Source of the DNA: a virus
Length of the DNA: 64,000 nucleotides
Direction: 5' to 3' (one strand)
IMG/VR virus record: IMGVR_UViG_3300027782_000066
Span: 15,303 to 79,302 of that record
Positions 12,682-23,551 of the stretch are shown here, in pieces. How positions within the stretch are numbered: position 1 is the stretch's first letter; each line of letters starts with the position of its first letter. Under the pieces are notes generated by a model. The model was given only the letters and a program-made list of their open reading frames with translations. It was not told the origin of the DNA and made no database searches. The position numbers and the translations under genes are program-made.

Positions 12682-13787
12682 TGGCAAGAAATCTTTACTT
12701 CACTCAAGGTACTAAGGGTGAACAAAATTTAGTTCAAGATCTTATTGATGAGCACATCAAGATTTATGGTATTGAATGTTATTATATTCCCAGAAAAATT
12801 TATGAAGATAAACTTTGGAAGGATATCTACTATTCAGAGTTTAAAGATAGTTATCTAATTGAAATGTATCTTGAAAACTTTGAAGGATTTGGTGGCAAAG
12901 GAGATATCCTTTCTAAGTTCGGATTAAAAGTTAGTGATGAAATTACTCTCACAGTATCACGTCGTCGTTGGAAAGATTTTGTAGATCTTTCTACTAATAA
13001 AATTGTACAAGGAAGACCTAATGATGGTGACCTTATTTTCTTCCCATTAAATCAAAACGTATTTGAAATTAAATTTGTAGAAAATCAAAGTCCTTTCTAT
13101 CAATTAAATAAATTATACATCTATACTTTGACGTGTGAAATATTTGAGTATGGTGATAGTATCTTTGATACTGGAAATGCTGAAATTGATAATCTTGATA
13201 AAGAAAGTGGAGACTATCCTATCATTCTCAATGTTGGTGGTACTGGAAACTTTACTCCAGGAGAAAAGATTTTCGGATCTAAATTTACAGCAACTGCTTC
13301 AGGAGTATTGGTAGATAATTATCTTGGAACTATTAGAATAACTTCGTCTGGTTCTGGATATGTAACTCCGCCAGTAGTTTCTGTCTACAGTGCTCAAGGC
13401 AACTTTATTGATAATGGTTCTTGCACAATTTCTGGCGGTAAAGTTAAGCAAATAACTGGTCCAACAGCAATTTATACATTCTCTGGTGTTCCTTCAATTC
13501 TTCTTGGAGCATCACCACAAGATTCAACTGCAAGTGTTGCTACTTGGGATCCTGATAATAGAACTGTCACTGTTGTTTATACTAAAGGAGACTTTGCTGA
13601 CGGAGAACTTATTAGAGGAGAGACCTCCAAATCTGCTTGGAGAATTACTAGCACTGATGATATTGATACTAGTGTTGGAACCGATTACTCAGAAAATAGA
13701 CAGATTGAAGATGTTGGAAATCTTCTTATTGATTTTTCTGAAAGTAATCCATTTGGTAATTATGGAGATATGGAGGAATTATTCTAA
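12681..13787 (+). CDS. gp14: Neck protein gp14
   Basis: EQNLVQDLIDEHIKIYG...SKFG...RPNDGDLIFFP...DFSESNPFG. Confidence 0.95.
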   Translation: MARNLYFTQGTKGEQNLVQDLIDEHIKIYGIECYYIPRKIYEDKLWKDIYYSEFKDSYLIEMYLENFEGFGGKGDILSKFGLKVSDEITLTVSRRRWKDFVDLSTNKIVQGRPNDGDLIFFPLNQNVFEIKFVENQSPFYQLNKLYIYTLTCEIFEYGDSIFDTGNAEIDNLDKESGDYPIILNVGGTGNFTPGEKIFGSKFTATASGVLVDNYLGTIRITSSGSGYVTPPVVSVYSAQGNFIDNGSCTISGGKVKQITGPTAIYTFSGVPSILLGASPQDSTASVATWDPDNRTVTVVYTKGDFADGELIRGETSKSAWRITSTDDIDTSVGTDYSENRQIEDVGNLLIDFSESNPFGNYGDMEELF

Positions 13788-14590
13788 TGTTAGGAAATTA
13801 TTTTTACCACAAAATTATTAGAAAAACAGTTTCCACATTCGGTACACTGTTTAATAATGTACAAATTAAAACATATGACGGTCAAGCAAAATTCATAAAG
13901 CAGGAAAAAGTTCCTTTGGCATATGGAGCTATGCAAAAATTTCTTGCTAGATTAAAGCAAGCTCCAGATATTGATAAAAATTTTACTATCAATGTACCAA
14001 GATTGTCATTTGAGATGACAGGAATTTCGTATGATGGCGGTAGAAAAGTTCCGCCTATTCAAAAGAATAGAATAGTTAATGAGGAGACTAAAGGATATGA
14101 TGTGCAGTATATGCCTGTTCCTTATAATGTAGAATTTGAGTTAGGTATCATTACGAAATCGCAAGATGATGCTTTACAAATTCTTGAACAAATTCTTCCA
14201 TTTTTTCAACCACAACTGACTGTAACTATTGAAATAATTCCAGAAATGAATGAAACTCGTGACATTCCAATTATATTAAATAGTGTTGACTTTAATGATG
14301 ACTATGAAGGTGATTTAATGGAACGCAGAATTATTACCTATACATTAAGATTTACAGCAAAAACTTATCTGTACGGTCCTATTAGTTCTGGCGACATCAT
14401 TAAAAAATCTATTGCCAATATTAATATTGGTAATAAGGTTACTAATGCTAAGGTTCTTAAATATCAAGTAGAACCAGAAGCAATTACAGATTTGAATAAT
14501 GATAATGTTGTGAATGCTGCTGACACAGCATTACTTACAGCAGAAGATGATTTTGGATTTAACGAAGGTGTGACCTATTATGGACCATAA
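13787..14590 (+). CDS. gp15: Tail sheath stabiliser/terminator gp15
   Basis: YFYHKIIRK...FGTLFN...VPLAY...PRLSFE...QILEQILPFFQP. Confidence 0.95.
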   Translation: MLGNYFYHKIIRKTVSTFGTLFNNVQIKTYDGQAKFIKQEKVPLAYGAMQKFLARLKQAPDIDKNFTINVPRLSFEMTGISYDGGRKVPPIQKNRIVNEETKGYDVQYMPVPYNVEFELGIITKSQDDALQILEQILPFFQPQLTVTIEIIPEMNETRDIPIILNSVDFNDDYEGDLMERRIITYTLRFTAKTYLYGPISSGDIIKKSIANINIGNKVTNAKVLKYQVEPEAITDLNNDNVVNAADTALLTAEDDFGFNEGVTYYGP

Positions 14591-15002
14591 ATTTCAAGAG
14601 AATATGGAAAACATTTTTGACATTGAAGCAGTAGAAACGGAAACAGAAGTTGTTTCTGAAAATTCTGTCGTGGAAAATATAGATGATATTGATAGTGATT
14701 ATAAGTATGCTCGTACTGAGTTATATGAATTAATTAAAAAAGGACAAGTTGCTATTGATGAATTAATTGATGTTGCTCGTAGTAGCAATCATCCTAGAGC
14801 ATATGAGGTTGCTTTTCAAGGAATTAAAAATGTTGCTGACATTACAGATAAGTTAGCAGACCTTCAAAAGAAAATGAAAGATATTAAAGCAGAAGATAAA
14901 AAATCTAATCCAACTATCGTTAATAATACTATGTTTGTTGGATCAACTGCTGACCTTGCGAAGATGTTAAAGAACGCTTCAAAAAACCTAAATAATCAAT
15001 AA
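14580..15002 (+). CDS. gp16: Terminase small subunit gp16
   Basis: DYKYAR...HPRAYEV...NNTMFVGSTADL. Confidence 0.93.
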   Translation: MDHKFQENMENIFDIEAVETETEVVSENSVVENIDDIDSDYKYARTELYELIKKGQVAIDELIDVARSSNHPRAYEVAFQGIKNVADITDKLADLQKKMKDIKAEDKKSNPTIVNNTMFVGSTADLAKMLKNASKNLNNQ

Positions 15003-15015
15003 ACGGAAAATTAGA

Positions 15016-15273
15016 ATGAGAACCAGATTACTTGGAACGCAAGTAGCATTATCAACAACTAGTGGTAATACTTTTACTAATGCTACTGTACTTAGATTAA
15101 TTAATACTGCAACTAGTGGTGTAACTATTACTTTAAATGAAAATGATGACACAACTTTAGTGGGAGTTATAACTCTTTCTGCTGGTCAAGTAGAATTTTT
15201 AGAAAAAGATTCTGACCAAAGAGTTCGTGGTAACACTGCAGTTTATGGCAATAAGGTGGCGTATACTCACTAA
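15016..15273 (+). CDS. Hypothetical protein (small, beta-rich, possibly virion)
   Basis: 85-aa ORF after the late-promoter-like CTAAATA (~14988). Confidence 0.7.
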   Translation: MRTRLLGTQVALSTTSGNTFTNATVLRLINTATSGVTITLNENDDTTLVGVITLSAGQVEFLEKDSDQRVRGNTAVYGNKVAYTH

Positions 15274-15923
15274 TGGCACAATTTAATAAGGTATTACAAA
15301 CTTTTCTTGGTCAACAAAAATCACTTTATGAAGTGATGATGCTTGCCAATAAAGATGGAGACCCAATTAACCAAGCAAATCCACTTCATGTTTCTCTGGG
15401 AGCAGAAAGTATTACAATTACTGGTTCTGCAGGAAGTTTTTATTCCTTCAACAATCACGCAACAAATACAAATCGTGGTTGGACTATGGATGATACAATG
15501 AGACCTGTAATCAGTATTAGAGTGAATAGTTCTGGAACTACTACATCAGACTTGACAGAAATTACAGAATATGAAATTGGAAATAATAATGCAAGTCAAA
15601 GCACTATCATCTATGAGTGGTATGAGGGTGATATTAATATTGCTGGAGCAGCAATTCCTGCTTGGAATTCACTAGGAACAAAATTACAATATAGAATATA
15701 TCAAGATAAGTATAGTAGTAATGCAGGAAATACCTTCACACAAAATAGTTCTGTTATGAGACATAGTGGAGTTATTATTGGAAAAAATACTTCTGGTGAT
15801 GAAGGACCATCAACTATGCATGGTGGAGCATCTCCAAATATGCTTACACTTTGTATGAAAAGAGTTGATAACTCAACAAAATTAGATGTTTGGTTTGCTT
15901 TTACTTGTAAGGAATTATTATGA
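15273..15923 (+). CDS. Hypothetical protein (probably virion-associated)
   Basis: 216-aa ORF translationally coupled to both neighbours. Confidence 0.7.
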   Translation: MAQFNKVLQTFLGQQKSLYEVMMLANKDGDPINQANPLHVSLGAESITITGSAGSFYSFNNHATNTNRGWTMDDTMRPVISIRVNSSGTTTSDLTEITEYEIGNNNASQSTIIYEWYEGDINIAGAAIPAWNSLGTKLQYRIYQDKYSSNAGNTFTQNSSVMRHSGVIIGKNTSGDEGPSTMHGGASPNMLTLCMKRVDNSTKLDVWFAFTCKELL

Positions 15924-16666
15924 AAAAAATAGTTCCTACCGAAAAAGAAATTGCTCGGCAACATGGAGTTTCTGTTAAATATGTTATACGTCAGGCAGAG
16001 ATTGGTTCTACCGTTGAGCGTGAGCATGTAACTACGCATGAAGAAGCTTACGGTATTGCCCTTCAGCATATTATGGAGTTCCCCGATTACTACAAACATT
16101 TACTACCTATGGAAAAACAACTTAAATCAGAGTGGAAGAAGAAAGACCCGATTAAAGAAAATCATATTGCCATTGCTATGGGCCAAATGCTTGATGATGA
16201 AGGTAGTATGATCATCAATCAACTTGATGAAATTGAGCGTTATGTACAAATGCTTCGTGGAGTTATCACTGGACCTGAGATGCAAGTACCTGGATGGGTT
16301 CAATCAAAGGTAACTCTAGCAACAGATTATATGAATACTGTTGCAAATTATATGTCAAGTAAGAACGAAGAAGTTCAATTGGATAAGTTATCATTCAAAG
16401 AATTCACGGAAATTTGCGAAGGTGCTGCCTGGACTAAAAGTTCAGGAAAAAATAAAAATGGTGGTCTCAATGAAAAAGGAAGAAAATCTTATGAAAAAGA
16501 AAATCCTGGTAGTGATTTAAAAGCACCATCAAAAGAAGTTGGTAATTCTCGTAGGTCTTCATTCTGTGCGAGGATGAAAGGTATGAAGAAGAAACTTACA
16601 TCAAAGAAAACTGCTTCAGATCCAGATAGTAGAATTAATAAAAGTTTAAGATCTTGGAATTGTTAA
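15920..16666 (+). CDS. Modular hypothetical protein (three small modules; C-terminal module resembles DUF6321)
   Basis: Modules GSTVEREH...HIMEFPDYY / VPGWVQSKVTLATDY / AAWTK...GGLNEKGRKSYE...SFCARM...SLRSWNC, joined by Glu-rich linkers. Confidence 0.7.
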   Translation: MKKIVPTEKEIARQHGVSVKYVIRQAEIGSTVEREHVTTHEEAYGIALQHIMEFPDYYKHLLPMEKQLKSEWKKKDPIKENHIAIAMGQMLDDEGSMIINQLDEIERYVQMLRGVITGPEMQVPGWVQSKVTLATDYMNTVANYMSSKNEEVQLDKLSFKEFTEICEGAAWTKSSGKNKNGGLNEKGRKSYEKENPGSDLKAPSKEVGNSRRSSFCARMKGMKKKLTSKKTASDPDSRINKSLRSWNC

Positions 16667-16669
16667 AGT

Positions 16670-18334
16670 ATGTCTAATCAAGTATATAAGGGTTCGCCAA
16701 ATCTTAAAGCGGCGAACGTGCAAATGCAGTTCACTGCAACTGAAATTGAAGAATGGTTGAAGTGTAAAGATAACCCAGTATATTTTACTAAAAATTATAT
16801 CAAAATTGTTTCTCTTGATCACGGTTTAGTACCATTTGAAATGTGGGACTTTCAGGAAGAAATGATTGACAGGTTTCATAACAATCGTTTTAATATTGCT
16901 AAACTCCCAAGACAAACTGGTAAAAGTACTACTGTAGTAGCTTATCTTTTACATTATGCTATTTTTAATGATAACGTTAATATTGGTATCCTAGCAAATA
17001 AACTATCAACTTCCAGAGAACTATTAGGAAGATTGCAGTTGGCATACGAGAACCTTCCCAAGTGGATGCAGCAAGGTATTGTATCGTGGAACAAAGGTTC
17101 TTTAGAACTTGAGAATGGTTCTAAAATAATGGCAGCATCTACTTCAAGTTCTGCTGTTCGTGGTATGTCATTTAACATCATCTTCTTGGACGAATTTGCG
17201 TTTGTTCCTACCCATATAGCTGAACAGTTCTTTAGTTCTGTATACCCCACCATCTCATCGGGTAAATCTACAAAAGTTATTATCATTTCAACCCCTAACG
17301 GGATGAATATGTTTTATAAACTTTGGCACGATGCTGAGCGTGGTAAGAATGAATACATTACTACAGAAGTTCATTGGAGTCAAGTTCCTGGAAGAGATGC
17401 TAATTGGAAAGCACAAACAATTGCAAACACTTCACAACGTCAGTTTACTCAAGAATTTGAATGTGAATTCTTAGGATCAGTTGATACTTTAATTGCTGCG
17501 TCTAAACTTAGAACAATGGTCTATGAGGACCCTGTACAGTCCTCTGCTGGACTTGATGTTTATGAGGAACCTAAGGAGGATCACGATTATATAATGACTG
17601 TGGACGTTGCTAGAGGCACTGGGAATGATTATTCTGCCTTTGTCGTATTTGATATTACTCAGTTCCCATACAGAATTGTTGCCAAGTATAGAAACAATGA
17701 AATTAAAGCAATGATTTATCCAACAATCATTGATCAGGTTGCAAAATCTTATAATAGAGCATACCTTTTAATAGAGGTAAATGATATTGGTGATCAGGTA
17801 GCATCAATGATACATTATGATCTTGAATACGATAACGTTCTGATGTGTGCTATGAGAGGTAGAGCTGGTCAAATTGTTGGTACTGGGTTCTCTGGAAAGA
17901 AAACTCAGTTAGGTGTAAAGATGTCCAAGACAGTTAAAAAAATTGGATGTCTAAACTTAAAAACTTTTATTGAAGATGATAAATTGATGATACCAGATTA
18001 TGATACCATCAGTGAACTAACAACTTTTATTCAAAAAAATAATTCATTTGAAGCAGAAGAAGGTTGTCACGATGACCTTGCAATGTGTTTAGTAATCTTC
18101 TGTTGGTTGGCAGTTCAAGATTACTTCAAAGAAATGACGGATAATGATATTCGTAAAAGAATTTATGAAGAACAAAAAAATCAAATTGATCAAGATATGT
18201 CACCATTTGGTTTTATTTGTGATGGTGTTAATGATGAAGAAAAGAGTTTTGTAGATGTAGATGGTGACCGTTGGTACTTAGATGAATATGGTGATACCTC
18301 AAGTGAATTCACATATATGGCATCATACCTCTGA
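16670..18334 (+). CDS. gp17: Terminase large subunit gp17
   Basis: Walker A PRQTGKST, Walker B IIFLDEFAF, nuclease motifs DVARG and HDDL. Confidence 0.98.
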   Translation: MSNQVYKGSPNLKAANVQMQFTATEIEEWLKCKDNPVYFTKNYIKIVSLDHGLVPFEMWDFQEEMIDRFHNNRFNIAKLPRQTGKSTTVVAYLLHYAIFNDNVNIGILANKLSTSRELLGRLQLAYENLPKWMQQGIVSWNKGSLELENGSKIMAASTSSSAVRGMSFNIIFLDEFAFVPTHIAEQFFSSVYPTISSGKSTKVIIISTPNGMNMFYKLWHDAERGKNEYITTEVHWSQVPGRDANWKAQTIANTSQRQFTQEFECEFLGSVDTLIAASKLRTMVYEDPVQSSAGLDVYEEPKEDHDYIMTVDVARGTGNDYSAFVVFDITQFPYRIVAKYRNNEIKAMIYPTIIDQVAKSYNRAYLLIEVNDIGDQVASMIHYDLEYDNVLMCAMRGRAGQIVGTGFSGKKTQLGVKMSKTVKKIGCLNLKTFIEDDKLMIPDYDTISELTTFIQKNNSFEAEEGCHDDLAMCLVIFCWLAVQDYFKEMTDNDIRKRIYEEQKNQIDQDMSPFGFICDGVNDEEKSFVDVDGDRWYLDEYGDTSSEFTYMASYL

Positions 18335-18346
18335 AATGCAGTAATT

Positions 18347-18354
18347 TATAAATA
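18347..18354 (+). promoter_or_regulatory. T4-type late promoter
   Basis: TATAAATA upstream of gp18. Confidence 0.85.
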
Positions 18355-18391
18355 AGTTTAGAATAAAAAATTTGATCTTTAGGGGTAAAAG

Positions 18392-20344
18392 ATGGCAACA
18401 CAATTATCGCCAGGAATTGTTGTTCAGGAGCGCGATTTTACAAATTCACGTCTTCAGGAAACAATTACAAATATTGCAGCTCTTGCTGGTCCTTTTACAA
18501 AAGGCGAAGTTGGTGTAGCAAAGCTTATCACTAGCGAAAAAGAATTAGTAGAAACTTTTGGTAAACCAACTTCTGATAATTTTGAGTATTGGTTTACTGC
18601 TTCTGAATTTCTTAACTATGGCGGAAATCTTCAACTAGCAAGAATTTCTTCTTCAAGCGCTAGTTATCTTACGAATGCAAACGCTACTGGTGCAGTAGCA
18701 AGTGGTGTTGCTTCTGTAAAAATTAATAACATTAAGGATTATGAAACAAACGTAGAAAATACTGCTCAAACATACAAATATGCTGCAAAAAATCCTGGTA
18801 CTTGGGGCAATGCTCTTACAGTAGCATCAATTGATGCTGGTGCCGATCAAATTCTTACACTTGCTTCTGGAGTTTCATTTGCTCAGGGTGCTACTGTAAC
18901 TAACGGAACTGCAACTGGTAAAGCATATGTAGCAAATAGTGGCGACACAACTAAGGTTGCTGTTGTATTAAATACTGGTTCAGTTAAATTTGCTTCTGCA
19001 ACAACTGTTTCTGGTTCTTTGGTTTCATCAGTAACTGATTGGTATGATGAGCAATATGCTATTGCTGGATCAGTCAAGTGGAATTCTATTGCTCCACGTC
19101 CTCGCACTTCTCCTTATGCAGCATCTAAAGGTGGCTCTAATGACGAAATTCACGTAATTGTAATTGATACTACAGGAGCTATTACAGGACAAACAAATGC
19201 AATTGTTGAAAAACTTCTTTATCTTTCAAAAGCATCTGATGCTAAGACAACTGAAGGAGAAAACAATTTTTATAAGAGTGTAATTAAAGGACGTTCACAG
19301 TACATATATCTGGGTTCACACGAAGCATCTTATGATTATTCACCAGCTGGAGCGGTATCAATTTCTGATACTGGATTATCAGCATCTACATTCAAGTTTA
19401 CTGGTCCTAAGTCCTACGCTTTTGCTGCTGGTACTGATTACCAAAATTATAATGTAGGAAATGAAACTCAAACTTATGTTGATGTTTTCATGGATACAGA
19501 AACAATTTCAATTGATTATATTCTTACTGGACCATCAACTTCTAGCAAAGCAAATTCAATAATCAATATTGCTACAACTAGAAAAGATTGTATTGCATTT
19601 GTTTCACCTAAAAGAAGTGATGTTATTGGAAGTGATGCTTCTACAACATCGGCACAGAAAACTAATGTAGTTGCATTTTTTGAATCAATTAGTGACAGTT
19701 CTTCTTATGCTGTATTTGATAACAATTATAAGTACATCTATGATAGATTTAACGATGTTTATCGTTATATTCCTTGTAATGCTGACCTCGCTGGTTTGTG
19801 TGTAAATACTGCCGCTGTTTCAGAAGCATGGTATTCACCTGCTGGTTTCAACAGAGGTAACCTTCGCAATGCTATTAAGATTGCATTTAATCCAACTAAG
19901 GATCAGAGAGACGAACTTTATGCTAAGCGTGTAAATCCTATCGTATCATTTCCTGGTCAAGGTGTAGTTCTTTTTGGTGATAAAACTGCTCTTCGCAGTC
20001 CTTCAGCATTTGACAGAATCAATGTTCGTCGTCTCTTCTTAATTCTTGAAAGAACTGTTAAGGATTTTTCAAAGAATGTTTTGTTTGAATTAAATGATGA
20101 AACAACACGTAATAATTTTACTTCACAAGTAAATAATTATTTGCGTGATATTCAAGCAAGAAGAGGTCTTACTGATTTCCTCGTAGTTGCTGATGAATCT
20201 AATAATACTGCTAGTGTGATTGATAGAAATGAATTTGTTGCAGACATCTATATCAAGCCAAGTCGTTCTATTAATTTCATTACTCTTACCTTTGTTGCAA
20301 CTCGCACTGGGGTAAGTTTTGATGAAGTAATTGGCAAAGTTTGA
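18392..20344 (+). CDS. gp18: Tail sheath protein gp18
   Basis: SPGIVVQERD; WYSPAGFNRG; FDRINVRRLF; IYIKPSRSINFITLTF. Confidence 0.98.
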   Translation: MATQLSPGIVVQERDFTNSRLQETITNIAALAGPFTKGEVGVAKLITSEKELVETFGKPTSDNFEYWFTASEFLNYGGNLQLARISSSSASYLTNANATGAVASGVASVKINNIKDYETNVENTAQTYKYAAKNPGTWGNALTVASIDAGADQILTLASGVSFAQGATVTNGTATGKAYVANSGDTTKVAVVLNTGSVKFASATTVSGSLVSSVTDWYDEQYAIAGSVKWNSIAPRPRTSPYAASKGGSNDEIHVIVIDTTGAITGQTNAIVEKLLYLSKASDAKTTEGENNFYKSVIKGRSQYIYLGSHEASYDYSPAGAVSISDTGLSASTFKFTGPKSYAFAAGTDYQNYNVGNETQTYVDVFMDTETISIDYILTGPSTSSKANSIINIATTRKDCIAFVSPKRSDVIGSDASTTSAQKTNVVAFFESISDSSSYAVFDNNYKYIYDRFNDVYRYIPCNADLAGLCVNTAAVSEAWYSPAGFNRGNLRNAIKIAFNPTKDQRDELYAKRVNPIVSFPGQGVVLFGDKTALRSPSAFDRINVRRLFLILERTVKDFSKNVLFELNDETTRNNFTSQVNNYLRDIQARRGLTDFLVVADESNNTASVIDRNEFVADIYIKPSRSINFITLTFVATRTGVSFDEVIGKV

Positions 20345-20350
20345 TTATAA

Positions 20351-20358
20351 TATAAATA
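20351..20358 (+). promoter_or_regulatory. T4-type late promoter
   Basis: TATAAATA upstream of gp19. Confidence 0.85.
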
Positions 20359-20380
20359 CCACTAAGGAGATAATCAAACA

Positions 20381-20980
20381 ATGGCAAATTTAACTGAATT
20401 TAAAGGAAAAATTGGATACGGCATTCGCCCTAATCTGTTTCAAGTTTCAATTCCCACAAAACCAACAGCAGTAACTTTAGCTTCAGCTTACGCTGATGAT
20501 TTTACATTTCTCTGTCGTTCAGCTGGTATTCCAGCAGCAAGCGTAGGTACTGTAGAAGTTCCTTTCAGAGGAAGAGTTATCAAACTTCCAGGAGACAGAA
20601 CATTTGAATCTTGGACAATAACTGTATTTGGTGATCAAAATTTAAAACTTAGAAGTTATTTTGAAAAATGGTTGGATGTATTAAATGAGCACACAAGTGG
20701 TGCTGGTTATACTACATCACTAAGTTATTCTGCAACTCTTCAAGTTGATCAATTGTTTAGAGGTAGTGGTACATCAACTACTACAGATACTAAGAGTCCT
20801 CATTCAGTAATTAGATCTTACCAATTTCTTAATTCTTTTCCGACAAATATTTCTCAAATTGATTTGTCTTATGACAACAATAATAGCATTGCTGAATATA
20901 CTGTAGAATTCCAATACGATTATTGGACGACTAGTGCTACAGTTGCTGGAACTGCTACTATCGGTAATGGCACTATTTAA
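20381..20980 (+). CDS. gp19: Tail tube protein gp19
   Basis: RPNLF; VPFRGRVIKLPGDRTFESWTIT; EYTVEFQYDYW. Confidence 0.97.
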   Translation: MANLTEFKGKIGYGIRPNLFQVSIPTKPTAVTLASAYADDFTFLCRSAGIPAASVGTVEVPFRGRVIKLPGDRTFESWTITVFGDQNLKLRSYFEKWLDVLNEHTSGAGYTTSLSYSATLQVDQLFRGSGTSTTTDTKSPHSVIRSYQFLNSFPTNISQIDLSYDNNNSIAEYTVEFQYDYWTTSATVAGTATIGNGTI

Positions 20981-21014
20981 ACAAACTAAATAATATAAGG
21001 TTTGAATTTATAAA

Positions 21015-22661
21015 ATGGCTGAATTGTTTGGATTTTCGTTAGATAAAAATGGCGAGAAGAAAAAAAAGCAGCAGGGAGAATTATCTCCTGTTGCTCCTAA
21101 TAATGATGATGGGGCCGTAGCAATCTCTGCTGGAGGTTATTACGGTCAATATGTTGATATTGAAGGTATTTCAAAAAATGAATTTGAAATGATTCGTAAG
21201 TATCGTGAGGTATCTTTGCACCCAGAAGTAGATGGGGCTATTGATGAAGTAGTAAATGAAGCAATTATTTCTGATTTAAATGACTCCCCAGTAGAGGTTG
21301 AGTTATCTAATTTGGAAGTTAGTGAAAGTATTAAGAAAAGAATTCGTGATGAATTTAAAGAAATTAAACGTCTATTACAATTTGATAAAAAGGCATATCA
21401 AATGTTCCGTCGTTGGTATATTGACGGGAGATTATATTATCATAAAATAATTGATGTAAATAAACCTGGAGAAGGAATTAAAGAAATTCGTTATATTGAT
21501 CCACTAAAGATCAAAAAAATGAGGGAGATCAAGAAACCAGATAAACCACCAATTAATCAATTAGCACAAATTGATTTTGGTGACATCAAAGAATATTATC
21601 TTTTTAATCCTAAAGGTATTTTTTCAAGTACATCTACAGTACAAGCTCCCAGAGATTATATGGGAATTAAAATTTCTGTAGATGCTATCACATTTGTACC
21701 TTCTGGTCTTATGGATCTAAATTTAAATATTCCTTTGTCATATCTTCATAAGGCATTGAAGGCAATTAACCAACTGCGAATGATTGAAGATTCGCTGGTT
21801 ATCTATCGTATGTCTCGTGCTCCAGAACGCAGAATTTTTTATATTGATGTAGGTAACCTTCCTAAAGTAAAAGCAGAGCAGTACCTCAGAGAGGTTATGT
21901 CACGCTATAGAAATAAATTAGTGTATGACGCACAGACTGGTGAGGTACGTGATGATAAGAAGTTTATGAGTGTGCTAGAGGACTTCTGGCTGCCTCGCAG
22001 AGAGGGTGGTAGGGGCACAGAAATTACTACTCTTCCTGGTGCTCAAAACTTAGGAGAACTGAGAGACGTTGAGTATTTTAAATCAAAATTATATAAATCT
22101 CTTAATCTACCACCTTCTAGAGTTGGTGAAGATAGTTCTTTTAGTATTGGTAAATCTGATAACATTTTAAGAGATGAACTTAAATTTGTTAAATTTGTTG
22201 GAAGACTTCGTAAACAATTTGCAACTTTATTTAACGATATTTTAAAAACTCAATTAGTTCTTAAAAATGTAATTTCATTAGATGATTGGGAAATGATGGA
22301 GGAGCATATTCAATATGACTTCTTGTTCGATAATCATTTTTCTGAACTCAAAGATATTGAAATGATGAATGAACGTATGAATATTGTTAATCAAGTTCAA
22401 CCATTTATAGGCGTTTATTTTTCCAACCAATATGTAAAGAATCAAATTCTTAAACAGACCGATCAAACTGTTAACGATATAAATATTCAAATTCAATCTG
22501 AAAAGAAATCTGGTGAGCTTATGGATATTCCTATGGCACCAGTTGAACCAGATCCGATGGCAGTAGAACCTCCGAAAAATGGACCTAAAGAAACTAAAAC
22601 AAAGGATTCTTTGAAACCACAATCGTCCAATAAAGGTACGTCAAAAGATAATATTAAATAA
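21015..22661 (+). CDS. gp20: Portal protein gp20
   Basis: NQLRMIEDSLVIYRMSRAPERRIFYIDVGNLPK; EDFWLPRREGGRGTEITTLPG. Confidence 0.98.
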   Translation: MAELFGFSLDKNGEKKKKQQGELSPVAPNNDDGAVAISAGGYYGQYVDIEGISKNEFEMIRKYREVSLHPEVDGAIDEVVNEAIISDLNDSPVEVELSNLEVSESIKKRIRDEFKEIKRLLQFDKKAYQMFRRWYIDGRLYYHKIIDVNKPGEGIKEIRYIDPLKIKKMREIKKPDKPPINQLAQIDFGDIKEYYLFNPKGIFSSTSTVQAPRDYMGIKISVDAITFVPSGLMDLNLNIPLSYLHKALKAINQLRMIEDSLVIYRMSRAPERRIFYIDVGNLPKVKAEQYLREVMSRYRNKLVYDAQTGEVRDDKKFMSVLEDFWLPRREGGRGTEITTLPGAQNLGELRDVEYFKSKLYKSLNLPPSRVGEDSSFSIGKSDNILRDELKFVKFVGRLRKQFATLFNDILKTQLVLKNVISLDDWEMMEEHIQYDFLFDNHFSELKDIEMMNERMNIVNQVQPFIGVYFSNQYVKNQILKQTDQTVNDINIQIQSEKKSGELMDIPMAPVEPDPMAVEPPKNGPKETKTKDSLKPQSSNKGTSKDNIK

Positions 22662-22683
22662 ATAAAAGGAGAAGGTTAAAAAA

Positions 22684-22860
22684 ATGTCTATTACTAAAGA
22701 ATTAATTAATCAAATTGTTAATGGTCAAAATATTACTGCTTCAGATGAAGTGATTAATATTTTATATAATAAAGCCATCTCACAATTAGATGATTATAAG
22801 CAACTAGTTGCTTCACGTTTAATGAATACACCAGAGGAAGAATCCACAGAAGAACAATGA
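22684..22860 (+). CDS. Small prohead core protein (gp67/gp68 position), 58 aa
   Basis: Not in the track; ATG at 22684 after AGGAG; MSITKELINQIV...PEEESTEEQ; stop overlaps the gp21 start (ATGA). Confidence 0.7.
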   Translation: MSITKELINQIVNGQNITASDEVINILYNKAISQLDDYKQLVASRLMNTPEEESTEEQ

Positions 22861-23501
22861 AACTTATTGTAGAGCACATTGAGGACATTGAGTTTCTCGT
22901 AGAAGAAAAAGATGGAAAAGAGTATACATACATTCAAGGAGTATTCCTGCAGGGGGATATCAAGAACCGTAATGGTCGTGTATATCCTATGCCTATTCTT
23001 CAGCGCGAGGTAACCAACTATAGTACTAACTATATTGACAAATCTCGTGCTCTTGGAGAATTGGGTCACCCTGATGGTCCTACCATTAATCTCGATAGAG
23101 TTTCTCATAAAATTGTAGAACTTTATCAAGATGGTTCTAACTTCATTGGTAAAGCAAAATTGCTTGAAACTCCGATGGGTAATATTGCTAAGAACCTCCT
23201 TCGTGAAGGTGTACAACTAGGAGTTTCTTCTAGGGGTGTTGGTAGTTTGGATTCTAAAGGTGGTTCTAATTATGTTCGTGATGATTTTATGCTCACCACT
23301 GCTGCAGATATTGTAGCAGATCCTTCTGCTCCAGACGCATTTGTGAATGGAATTATGGAAGGAAAAGAGTGGGTATGGGATAATGGTCTTCTCAAAGAAT
23401 CAGAAATCCAAAAAGTTAAAGAACAGTTAAATAAAGTTTCTAAAGCACAACTTGAGGAGACAATCCTTGAGTCATTTGAAAAATTATTGTTTAACTTATA
23501 A
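22857..23501 (+). CDS. gp21: Prohead protease gp21
   Basis: NRNGRVYP; ALGELGHP; GVSSRGVGS; DIVADPSAPDAFV. Confidence 0.97.
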   Translation: MKLIVEHIEDIEFLVEEKDGKEYTYIQGVFLQGDIKNRNGRVYPMPILQREVTNYSTNYIDKSRALGELGHPDGPTINLDRVSHKIVELYQDGSNFIGKAKLLETPMGNIAKNLLREGVQLGVSSRGVGSLDSKGGSNYVRDDFMLTTAADIVADPSAPDAFVNGIMEGKEWVWDNGLLKESEIQKVKEQLNKVSKAQLEETILESFEKLLFNL

Positions 23502-23551
23502 AATTAATAAATAAGTATTAGAAAATCAAAGTATCCGTAGGGGTAATTTTA

